Positions 27,237 through 38,459 of a stretch of DNA of 64,000 bases are shown in pieces. Under the pieces are notes generated by a model, which was not told the origin of the DNA, ran no database searches, and worked only from the letters and a program-made list of their open reading frames with translations. Both the position numbers and the translations under genes were made by a program. Source of the DNA: Lama guanicoe (lineage: Eukaryota); NCBI GenBank assembly GCA_013239625.1, contig MU057352.1, forward strand, positions 25,870,764-25,934,763. The letters are read 5' to 3'. How positions within the stretch are numbered: position 1 is the first letter of the stretch; each line of letters starts with the position of its first letter.

Positions 27237-29140
27237 GGCAACAGGGGTAGTTCTGCAAAGCAGACTGTCAGGCAGGATTTGGGAACTGGCTTTCTTACTG
27301 GTCTGAGGCATTAAAAATCTCTATTACCAGGAGTAAGTGGGATGCAGGGGCACATGAGTACTGGGGCTTTCGTCTGTAGTAATGGAATAAAGAAAGGCTT
27401 TGGGATTTGAGTAGCTGTGATGCTTAATCAATGCAGTAGCAAGGAAAGTTTAAGAATCATGAGTAGATTGGCTTTTAGGGGAAAGTGGTCACAAAACCTA
27501 GCAAGGAAAGTTTAAGAATCATGAGTAGATTGGCTTTTAGGGGAAAGTGGTCACAAAACCTCGCCAAAAAATTGTCCAATGCTTCTAATTTCCAACTTGA
27601 AGTATGATCTAAAATCTAAAACCCTTTATGATGCGTTAAAAGATATGTTCATCCCTTGAAACCAGAAGACAAGTAATACAGTAAATCCTATTTTAACAAT
27701 AACTGCAAAGGAGATTAAATAAACAGCCTCCACGAGTCTTTTATGTTAAAAACGGGACCCTAATAGAGAAAAGTGGACTATTTAGACCTGAAATAGCAAT
27801 ATTTGTGTAGACTAGTCTGAAAATCTTTGAATTCCCTAGCTCTCTGAACCTTCTCATGGCAAACTTTCTACTTTTTCCAAGTGAGAATTCTTCTTTTGCG
27901 ATAGACTCATTTGAAACTGGTACCTTGCAAGAGGATGCTTTATCTCCTATCACACTCATTGCTTCTAGTCTCATAAGTGGAGCCAAGTCCAGTGGAGCCA
28001 CAGCAGAAAAGTCTACACACTAAATGACCCGTAGGGTCTCGCTAGAAAGTCCTGGCAGAACCTGGAGGAACGTGTATGGGACTGGACCTTGCATATGGTA
28101 AACCAGGTAAAAAGAATGTAATACTGGGTAGGGGAGAATTCACTGGCATGTAGGCACTCACCCAAGAATTGAAATTCAATTATCTTGACTAGCCCAAATA
28201 GTTTGCTTATATGAGTGGCTCCGCAAAGCCTGGTCTTAAGGATAACTTACAGTAAAACAAAGTGGAAGTTCCAACATTTCTTTGGCGCAGTATCAAATAA
28301 GGTATTTGTACTAGATTTGACTTTTCCATCAACCCTTACCAACACACATGCTGCCCTTCTGGCCAAAGAGGTCCTAACAATGGCTTGCTGTGCTCCCAGG
28401 GTTGCAAATCAGGTTGCGATAACTGCCACAGTGAACACTGCAAGGAACCACACACGTAGCATCACCTGGAAAAGAGAGACTGACCCATTCGCATAATGGC
28501 TGGATTGTATCCACAGGGTCTCCAGTCTGTCTTGTGAGAGTATAACATCTTCCATTTGCCTGGAATCATGCAAACTCCTCACCAAAATAAAGATGTCTCA
28601 CAAGACGACATAATTTTTTTCTTCAAGATTTTTCCACAATACTCCTCACTGCATCCAAACTGATAATGAGGGTCAGGTCTCAGCCCAATCTAAGTAAAGA
28701 AATCCCTGCTCTGGGGAAAACAGCCTCTACCGAAATAATTGTAGTACTTGACCACAAAATAATTGCAGACCCCAGACCACAGGGACTGGGGAAACGTGAC
28801 TACAGAGGTCATTGACTTGGAGGACTCATCTGAACTCAAGATTTATGCTCTAGGAAAAACAGGGCAATAGTCTACTTGGCTGGCTCCTTCGACCTTGTTG
28901 AATTCAACAGTGATGACTTACAGTAAATGTAGTGAAGATGTCAGAACTTCTTTGGCATTGGACTGAGGGAAAACTCAGAATGATTTAGGAAGTGGGGATG
29001 TTACAATGCACTTACTCTATGCTACCACATGACTGCATTTCTCAGGGAAGCCCAAGGATGCTTCTTTTACTAAGGCAACAAGGAACATGAGGAAGGAACT
29101 GGCATCTTTACAAGCTCAACAGGAACTGCTCTCTACATAT
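27237..29140 (+). mobile_element. Decayed ERVL internal region (gag; ERV3-16A3-like)
   Basis: Leader 'aagcagactgtcaggcaggatttgggaactgg'; degenerate gag at ~28050-28270 (cagaacctggaggaacgtgtatgggactggacc...ggagaattcactggcatg, cf. ERVL Gag QEPGEYVWEWI...GEFIDMG); many stops and frameshifts. Confidence 0.75.
27438..27561. repeat. Perfect 62-bp tandem duplication
   Basis: 27438-27499 identical to 27500-27561. Confidence 0.95.
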
Positions 29141-29308
29141 GGTATTTAGGGTCAACTTCTAGTTTGGCATTGCCTCCTAGGGAACATCACTGGCTTACCC
29201 TTCCTCGGCTCCCCTTGCATAGGGGCCAGTAGCTAAGTAGGTGTTCAACAAATCCCTCCATACTCCATATATTTATTTAAGCCAGGATAATAGAAAGTGG
29301 CTGAACTA

Positions 29309-29403
29309 GGGGTGGGCAGTAGAGCTCATTGGTAGGGCATGGGCTTGGCGTGCAAGAGGTCCTGGGTTCAATCCCCAGTGCCTCCGTTAAGGAGGAAAAA
29401 AAG
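29309..29403 (+). mobile_element. Camelid-type tRNA-derived SINE (short form)
   Basis: A box 'tagagctcattggtag', B box 'gggttcaatccc', 'cagtgcctccgttaa' then A-rich tail. Confidence 0.85.
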
Positions 29404-30974
29404 AAGGTACCTGGGCTATGGAGCTAAACTTAAGACAAACTCTAAGCTCTGTATTTTCTTTCTTCTATGTCTATTTTAAAACATTTAAATTTTTAATACA
29501 TTTCTCCTCAAGAAACTTTATTTCCAAATAAAAATCTGGTTCAAATAATGTTCCCTAAATGACGTCGTGGCTGACTATATGTCTCTGTAATACTCTATTT
29601 TCTCCCCTTTGGCTCTGGGTAGGAAAGGAAATAGGAACTTTGAGCTCTTTGGCCCATTAAAAGCACAAAGAACCCACTGGAGTTCTTCTTTAGATTCTCT
29701 TTGCTGTAATGGGTGAAACTTTCCAAATCACGGGCAAGTCATTTTAAGCAAGACACTACAAAGCGGTATATTTCTATAAAGCTGCACTATTTTGAAAGTT
29801 GTCCAGAAGCTGTTTTTATTCCCTCAATAAAATCTCTTCCTACTTATTTTCTATTTATAAAGGCTCCCTCCATTCCCTCAGCAAATGTTTGAGTTTCAAC
29901 TCATCTCAACACCTGAAAAGCCCAGCTGTCTTTAGAAACAGAGAAAACCAGTCTCTTGTCAGAATCTGAAATGTCTGCTCACAGGACAGGAGAATTCAGG
30001 TCTCCTTGGCTCCCAGTGGCCCACCAGTTAGGAACTTCTCAAGGTAGAAATAAAGTCTTTTATCTATGCCTACCCCAGGGCCAACACTGGGCCACCAACA
30101 TAGGAAGCATTCAGTGAATCTTGGCTTGGTTGTCCTTTGTGACTTAGACTTATTCTGAATATGTAAAAACAGCAGCATGTCATAAATAAGCATCATCAAC
30201 TTTTTGGGAGCTTCTTGTGTGTTAGCCACTATTCTAGCGGCTTTATATGTGTTCTTTCATTTGACCCTTATAACCTCCTATTACCCTTGGTTTCTAGATG
30301 AAAAACAAGAGATACATTATGACTGAATGACCAACCCATTGCTTGTCATGAAGTCTCCAGCCTTCTAAATCACAGGCTAATAAACGTGGATTAAGTTATT
30401 CATTTAGGAAATTATTCTTGAGCACTACTCTGTATGCTCAGAACTGTGCTTTGTGGTCGGAAACAGTTGCTCAGGATAGACATGATCCTTGACTTCACAG
30501 TAACTGCAGCCAAAGAATCAGTGATCAGCAGTGCCCATCACAGTCAGAGGAGCTGTCCAACAGCCAGGAAAAACTAATGCCGCCACTACCAGCAACAGTA
30601 ACATCATGTATTTGTCTAATGCTCTGAAACTTCCAGGTGTTTCTGTGAGCACTCATGCATTTGTCCTGATGCAGAACAGGCATCTACCTTCTTACTTTAG
30701 AGATAAGAAAACTGAGGGGTGGCACAGGTTATAGGACTTGCTTGAGGATTGCGGAACAGGTCAATGGAAAAGCTCATGACGGGAATTACAGAGATGACTA
30801 TGTAGACAAGATGCAAAGAGTTAATCTCTATTGGTGCACAGATAGAAGAGGACATTGATTCACAGACAGCTTGCAGCATGTGGCATATCAGAAAGAACAT
30901 TGAATTTAAAATATTACTGGATCAATAGCCTTGTGTTATTGAGAAAGTCACTTTATCTCTTTGCCTTTCCATTG

Positions 30975-31399
30975 CCAGGGTTAAGCCAATTAGTGTAGTC
31001 CTTCCCTCCGACCACATAGATGAAATAGGGAAGAATATGTGACCTGATACAGTCCAACGACAGTAAATCTTAGAAAATACTACAAACATTGGCACAAAGA
31101 TGCTCTCTTTCCTCCTGGATTTAAAAATGAAGGCACACAGTGCTAAGAAGTTATTGGCAACAATTTTGGATATAAGGAAACCCAGACTCAGGTTGAAACC
31201 AACCCAGAAGAAGGCAGGCAGGCCAAGGAGACAAGGAGGATATAGAGCTTAGTGACCTTTATTTGTGCCTCTGTATCAAGCTGTGCCTGAAGCTAGAATT
31301 ACCAAAAGAATTTTCAGTAACACAAGCAATTAAGTTCCTTCTATTTTTCACATCAATTTGGGTCAGATTCTATGTTATCACAACCAAAGCTGCCATACA
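30975..31399 (+). mobile_element. MaLR LTR (MLT1J-like)
   Basis: 'tgtatcaagctgtgcctgaagctag...ttttcagtaacacaagcaattaagttcc...tttgggtcagattct'. Confidence 0.8.
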
Positions 31400-32205
31400 A
31401 CTAGGAAAGCCAATACTTAATGGCGAACTTATGAGGTTACAAGAAAAAGATAGAAACAGAGAAATTCTTGAGTTAAAGGATAAAGGCACAATAGAAAAGG
31501 TTAATCTCCTAATGAAGTTCCTTCCATCTCCTTTCTCTCTTCACCCCCTATTCCAGTGGGGATGTTGGTGGATCAATGAAGAGCAACAGAGTGGTGACAC
31601 ATGACAGAAGATGGAAGCATTGAATGAGGTTTGGGATGTTGTGATGTCGAGACATAAAATACCTTCTCAGATGTCTCTGCTTCCTACAGCTATCAAATCA
31701 CTCTACCCCAATTTCATAGTAAACTTTTATACCAGTCTTGCCAGTGATACCAGCAACCTTTGTTTCATTCAAATATTATATTGTGAAAGAATGGCTCCAT
31801 TGTGGAGTCTCATAGCACAACAGGTTCAACATTTATTGATCACCTAGTTTTTACCTATATCAAGTTTTATCTATATTAAATATTCCAATTTTTACAATTT
31901 GGTAAGATACATACTATTCCAAATGATGTAGATGATGAAACTGATACACAGAGAGTTAATGTCATTGGCCAAGATCATGCAGCAATTAATTCATTGCTGA
32001 GTTTTGAATACAGATTTGCTCATTTATTAAATATTTACTGAACAACCACTACATTCCAGGCACTTTGCTAAGTTCTGAAGACATAAGTGTCCTCTTCCTG
32101 CAAATTACAGGATTCACAGTCTAATGGAAAGGCAGACCATGGGAAAAGAAACAACACTGAAAGGTGATGATTCTCATGGTGGGGAAGTACAAGGAGTTCA
32201 TTTGC

Positions 32206-32738
32206 TGTATTAATCTAAGTTCTCCAAAGAAATAGAACCAATAGGAGATAGTTACGTGACAGACAAATGATTGGTAGACACGCCCATACATACATATATA
32301 CATAGAGATAGGGATGGAGATTTGTTGTAAAGAATTGGCTCATGTGGTTACAGACACTGAGAAGTCCCAAGACCAGAAGTCCCAAGGCAAGCTGGAGACC
32401 CAGGAGAGGCGATGGTCTAGTTCTAGTGTGAGTCCAAAGACCTTAGAATCAAAAGAGCTTATGGTATAGTACCAGCCTGAGTTTGAATTTTGGAGAAAGA
32501 CCAGTGTCCCAGCCAGAAGACAGTCAAGCAGAGAGAGTGAATTCTCAATTCTCACTTACTCAAATATTTTGTTCTATTCAGACCTCAAATAGATTGGATA
32601 AGGCCCATCCATATTAGGGAAGGCAATCTGATGCAGATGTTAATCTCATCCAGAAACATCTTTTGGTTGCCCAGAAATGTTTCACCAAGTATCTACTGTG
32701 TGGCCCAGTAAATTTGACACATAAAATTAATCATCACA
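32206..32738 (-). mobile_element. ERVL solo LTR (MLT2C/D-like)
   Basis: 'tgtattaatctaagttctccaaagaaatagaaccaatagga...ttgacacataaaattaatcatcaca'. Confidence 0.92.
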
Positions 32739-33194
32739 TTCACCTTCCTAATCAGCTTTCCATGGAAAAAAAAAAAGTCTTATGTTTCTTATTTCCAATT
32801 TATAAAACTCAAAACTTTTTCTCTATAACACACTCCAGTGATGTATGGCATAATTCAGTGGCTTTCAGTGCTCAGTGGAGCAACTTGTTCTTCCAGAAGC
32901 TGAAGGAGATACAGTGCAGCTACTGATTCAGAGAATAGCATTTAGTTCGCCCCTACATGAATAATTAAGCCCTCATTCTAGCACTGAGGATCTATGGGCA
33001 AGAGCTAAGATATCTCAAGAATTAAACCTTAAATATAGCAAGAGGTTCAGCCATAACAAATAACATAAAAGGAGCTGCTTTATCAGCAGTCATATTTTAC
33101 AGAAAGTAAGAAAGTACCTAGAAAGTTAACAGAAATGCAATGTCAGTAAAATGGAATTGTAAGCCTTAATTTAGCCTATAATAATCCACAGAAG

Positions 33195-33800
33195 TCTGAA
33201 GTATTGAGTTCAGTTCTGGGTTCTAGATTTTAAGAATGCTGACAAACTGAAGTCAGAGAAAAGTTGGCAAGACACTAAATCCTCTCCTCTGGAGAACTGT
33301 TGAAACAATTAGGAGTATCTAACCAGGAGAATACCTGGTTAGAGAGAGGAGGAATTTAAAGGGGAATACAGGATTCTTCAAGGGTCTGAAGGGCCATCGT
33401 TAAGAAGTAGTAAGGGAGTCACCAACTACTGAGAACCTGCAGAGTGCCAGCCCCTAACCTACATCATCTAATCTTCATTTAAACACTGTCTGTTGGGTAT
33501 TAATTCCCATTATGTAAGGACACTGAGGCTCAGAGACCTCAGAGTCTTGCTCAAACTCACATAGTTTGTGAGTGTCCCAGACAGCATAAGATTGCATAGA
33601 TTCTTCTGATCCCACTGTTTATATTTTTGTCATTATATGAAGACAAGGAATTGGAGTTAGGGCTGACTAGAACCATTGGAATCACGTCATAGGGATAACA
33701 TTGGTTCAAGAAGGGGCTAACACGGTAGAAATTAAAATTGTCCCAAAATGGACATGACTGTTCTTGAAGCAGAGTGTTCGTCAAAGGTGTTTCAGTAGGA
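33195..33800 (+). mobile_element. CR1/L3 LINE fragment split by a MIR (~33420-33620)
   Basis: 'gagttcagttctgggttctagattttaagaa..gacaaactg...ttcttcaagggtctgaagggccatc'; resumes at 'gactagaaccattgg...gtcccaaaatgga'. Confidence 0.7.
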
Positions 33801-34354
33801 AGGGTGACCACTTGTTCCAGTTAGTGTGGAGTGGATTTCCATTCCTGGAACAGGGACTCTTTGCTCAGTAAAGTCGGCTCCAAGTCTCAGACTGTAAATC
33901 CCAATTCCCTTCCTTGTTTCCTTGCCATTGGGGTCAGAAGGGAGAAGTCAAACTTGTGGGCTCTTGGAAGGCAAGTGAGTGGCTCCAGTTTGCATTTATA
34001 TTTGCAGGATCTGGGATGATGCCTAGCATACAATGGGTGCTAAGTAATTGTTTTTGAATCAATGAATAAGTGCGAATAGTGACTCAAGCCATTTAAAGAT
34101 GATGAGCAAGGGAAAACACTTTTTCATCTCTCTGCAAGGAAAGAGAAGGATCCTTCTTAATCTAGGTACGCAGGTCTCAGGAAGGTAAGAAATGTATTCT
34201 GATGAAGTGTCAAAATTCTCATTCAGCTCTGTCGGTCAATATCTCACCACGTTTAGTCATTTCTTGGGAATTTCTCTAAGCAGCATTTCTTTCTTCTCTT
34301 AGCTTTACATGTTCCCCAGAAACACAAATTTTTCTAGGCACTACTTTTTCTGAG

Positions 34355-34590
34355 AACCACTTACTGAGCTTTTCCTGTGAGTGGAGCGCTGAGCCAAGAG
34401 CTCCCTGTGGATCATGCCAATAGCCCCCCTCAATAGTTCTACAAGTGTTAGATATTTTTAATCTTCATTTTACAAATTTGAAAGCTGAGGTTCTGAGGAG
34501 TAAGTTATTTCCACGAACATCACACAGCGAGTAACTGGTGCTGCTGGACTGTAAACCAAGGTCTGTATGATTGCAGAGCTGCTATGCTGC
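34355..34590 (-). mobile_element. MIR SINE
   Basis: 'atcttcattttacaaatttgaaagctgaggttctgaggagtaagttatt...atcacacagcgagtaactgg'. Confidence 0.75.
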
Positions 34591-35298
34591 CATGTCAACA
34601 GGTTCATTGCGCCAGGTGCTCATGGACCACACTTCACAGATGATAAAAATCAGTTTTGTCATGGGCTAAGCTTCCTGTTTCCCTGCATAAAGGACTGCCT
34701 ATCCTGTTAATTGTGCAAAACAAGAAAAGCAGAGAGGGATTTTTTTGATTCTCAGCCTTCTGCCCAAGGGAAGGGCTTGGTCACCCACCATATGGTTGCT
34801 TTGGTCCATCTAACAAACCTTATCACTGGAGAAATGGGGCTGAGGACATCAGGGATACCTTAGAGGGGGTTAAAGGGTGAGTGGAGAGATGGAGTAGAAC
34901 TATTTTAACTTTAAGATTACTCTATAATTACTCAATTTCTTCCTCCTTTTGAGGCTGCATCAATCTGCGCTGAGAAGTGATGGGGAAAGTTGACCCAGGA
35001 TCCAGTACTTGTTTGACTTTAAATGAATCTCTCACATTCCTGGGATCAGAGTTTCCTCATCATCTTCAAAGTAACACTTTGGAAATAATTAATCCCTAAG
35101 GATCCATCCAGCTTCCACCAACTGAAGCTCAGATTTTCTGGCATGTACCCAAAGGCTACAATTTATGACAGCTCTGAGACTCAGAACTCCCACATTTTTT
35201 TGTGGGGGATGGAAATTAGGTTTGCTTATTTTTTTAATGGATGTACCACTAAGCCATACTCTCCTCCTAAAACTTCCACGTTTAAAAAGATGCATCTA

Positions 35299-35453
35299 GA
35301 GGGGTGGGTATAGCTCAGTGGTAGAGCATGTGCCTCGCATGCATGAGGTCCTGGGTTCAATCCCCAATACCTTCCTTAAAAAGTATAAACAAACAAACAA
35401 ACAAACCTAATTACCTCCCCCTAAAGAAACCCTAAAAAAATTTTTAAAAAATT
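35299..35453 (+). mobile_element. Camelid tRNA-derived SINE (Vic-1 type), full length
   Basis: 'gggtatagctcagtggtagagc...gaggtcctgggttcaatcccc...aaacctaattacctcccc'; perfect 14-bp TSD aaaagatgcatcta (35285-35298, 35454-35467) at a TT/AAAA L1 endonuclease site. Confidence 0.92.
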
Positions 35454-36934
35454 AAAAGATGCATCTAACTGCTTAATTCATCAAATAACTAAGGATATCC
35501 AACACCCAGAGCAGGTTGGTTTTCTTTGGCACTTAACTGTATTAATGATGCAAGAATGAAGCAAGAGCTACATAGAAAGCTGTTCTAATTTGTTATTCAG
35601 TCCACTTAACTCCTATATTGATGAACATGTAACGTATTTAGCTGGAATGTGATAACCTATTTACACTTGACAACAGGAGTTTAGGGCTTGCAAAAAGCTG
35701 TCAGATTGAAGCTGCAGGAGCCTAGAGCCAATTTCTGCAAACACAGACTGGCATAGCAAAGGGCTGAATCAATCTGAGGTCCCTTATGGGTGTGGGATAG
35801 GGGAAGGAGGCTCTGGAGATGGAGGTGTGGCAGGGACCACAGCAATGGAAATAATGCCATCATTAGAATCTCAACTTTGGAGCAGCCCTTGAGGTCATCT
35901 AAGAAGTCAGCAATACGATATGTTATTTGTTCAGGGTGTGGGAGTCACACAGCCTTGCTGTGACTCCCAACTCTGCCACTTACTAGTGGGTGATCTTGGA
36001 TATGCTGGTGTACCTGGAGCCTAGATCTCTCTTATACCCCAGATTTGTGTATCCCACTGGAATATCTCACAGAGAGCTCAAGTTGGATATGACCAAAACG
36101 GAATTGACTATTTTCAGCCCTTCCTTAAACCCATAGTTCTGGCCACTGTACATTATTCTATATAACAGGCTGGACCCTTTTGTCCAGTCTCCCAGGTTCA
36201 AGCTTTGCCTGGCTATTGATGTCTTGTTGGTCTATGATACAAACAGGACGCCACTTTTCTTAATGAATCCCTAAATTTACAAAAATCAAGTGTGTATAAA
36301 GATGAGGATGAAGAACAGGAGAAAGGTAACAGATGACGCAAAAAGAGATGGAGAGAGACAACTGAGAGAGCAATGGGCACAGAGAGCGAGAAGATGCGAA
36401 CAGAATGCGTGTCGCCTGGTAACTTTTTCCCATGCGTGTACATTTCAGATCTTGAAAACAGACACTGTGCGCCCCGAGACATATTTTGTTGCTATTTCTG
36501 GCAGCGATTTACAAATTAGAAAATTAAAAATGCAAAGCTCAGCCCTAGAGGGCCAGTGCAAATGAGGTAACAGCTCATACACTCCCAATGCTAATCTCCC
36601 CATTAGTCTGTGTGAAAACCAGAGGCTTGTGATTCATGGCGGAATGCAAACTACAGCAAGGAGCCTACCAAGAGCCAAAAGAGGGGGCTGAGACAAGGCA
36701 AATTCTTCTGGAGATCCAGGGAAAAAACACAATTCTCTGCAAATAAGCAGAGCATCTAGGGAGACTTGAAACCCCTCCACCACTTCAAGAGCACAAGGTT
36801 GGAATAGGTTAATTAGCCTGGAAAGAAAAGTAGATTTTTTCAAAGTTAGAGAGAACGATGTGGTTATTATTTTTAATTTTAAAAAGTTTTTAAAAAGCAA
36901 AAATAAATTTCAATCATGATGACAAAATTATTTC

Positions 36935-37352
36935 TTTTGTTAAAGTATAGTTGATTTATAATATTGTGTTAGTTTCAGGTATATAGCAAAGTGATTCAAT
37001 TATATATATATAAAGTATATATAGCTTTTCAGATTATTCTCCATTATAAGTTATTACAAGATATTGAATATTGTTCCCAGAGTTATACAGTAAATCCTTG
37101 TTGCTTACCTGTTTCATATGTAATAGTGTGTATCTGTTAGTCCCAATTTATCCCTCTCTGCCTCTCGCCTTCTGTACACCGTAAGCTTGTTTTCTGTCTG
37201 TGAGTCTGTTTCTGTTTTGCAAATAGATTCATTTGTATTATTTTTTAGATTCCACACATAAGTGACATCATGCATTATTTGTCTTTGTCTGACTTGCTTT
37301 ACTTCGTATGATATCCCCTAGGTCCACCCATGTTGCTGTAAATGGCCCAAAT
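36935..37352 (-). mobile_element. Artiodactyl/laurasiatherian-type L1 3' end
   Basis: 'aaagtatagttgatttataatattgtgttagtttcagg...agattccacacataagtgacatcat...ccatgttgctgtaaatggc'. Confidence 0.88.
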
Positions 37353-37359
37353 TATATAT

Positions 37360-38380
37360 TTAGTTACATTGATAAGAAATACAATTCTCCCCTGATTTAT
37401 GCTTTTCAGTACTAAGGTTTGAGATCACACAATAAATAGTTTTCAGCAGCCTTCTTTTTTCACATTACTTTATATAGTGGATACCTTTCCATTTAGGTAC
37501 TTCCTTATTAGCTCTACTTCATTATTTTTCATGGAAGTGGAGCAGCTCACCATCCTATGTTATATTTAAATGCTCCCCACCCCACTGGAAGCCCTTTAAG
37601 TTGTTTCCACTCTTCTTGTTATTACACAGATGGCTGCAATACAAATTCTTACACATACGTATCTTAAGACACTCATGCTATTACTTCTGTAATAAAAAGT
37701 GAACTTCTATTGTACAAAGTCATCTAAGCGGAATTGCAATGACACAGGTGATGCACCTTTTTCATGTTGATAAAAATTGCAAAATACCTTCTCAAAATTA
37801 CTGTAGCAATTTAAACTTCCAACTGCATACATGAGTGCCCATTTGCACACTTTCTTGTCTACCTGGGATGTTTTCAATCTCTTAAATTCTAGGCATATAT
37901 GCAAAAACTATTTCTTTGCTTCAGTTTTTATTGTAAAAATATTAGAGAGGTGAGTAATGTTTTTACATTTAAGAGCATTTGAATTTTTGGAGTATTTCCT
38001 TTGATATTCTTTACCCGTTTTATTATTTTAAAATTTTTTCATTGATTTATAGGATACATTTATATTTAGAAGTTATTAACTTTGGATCTCAAATATATTT
38101 AAAATATAGAATAAACATTACTATAATACATTACATTAAACAGAAGTTTTGAATTTTTATGTGGCTCTCTCTCTTCAACCTTTATCCATGGCTTCTGGAG
38201 TTTTTATATAGAAAAGCCTTTTTCAATTCTATGATATATAAATATACTACTTAAATTTTCAAAAATTTTTATAGTTTTTTCAATATTTTATTGTGGTAAA
38301 ACACATATGAGGTAAAACTTACCATTTTAATTATTTTAAAGTGTACAATTTAATGACATTTAATACATTCACAATGTTTT
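37360..38380 (-). mobile_element. Old L1 fragments (L1ME-like; L1MB 3' tip at ~38283-38380)
   Basis: AT-rich antisense L1 motifs such as 'ttaagttgtttccactc', 'tattgtggtaaaacacata...ttaccattttaattatttt'. Confidence 0.65.
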
Positions 38381-38459
38381 GCCTCCTACAAGCTCCCAAA
38401 GATCACTTCAAAATTAGGGAACATTGTTAGGAAAGTTGTGTCTCTTATTACTGAAGGGA

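Noticed and set aside
27438-27561. Direct repeat as a CRISPR-like or functional array
   Set aside because: Only two abutting copies with no spacer, in a mammalian ERV context.
29309-29403. tRNA-like sequences here and at 35299
   Set aside because: A/B boxes are followed by SINE body and A-rich tail (with TSD at 35299) and lack a proper acceptor stem; these are SINEs, not tRNA genes.
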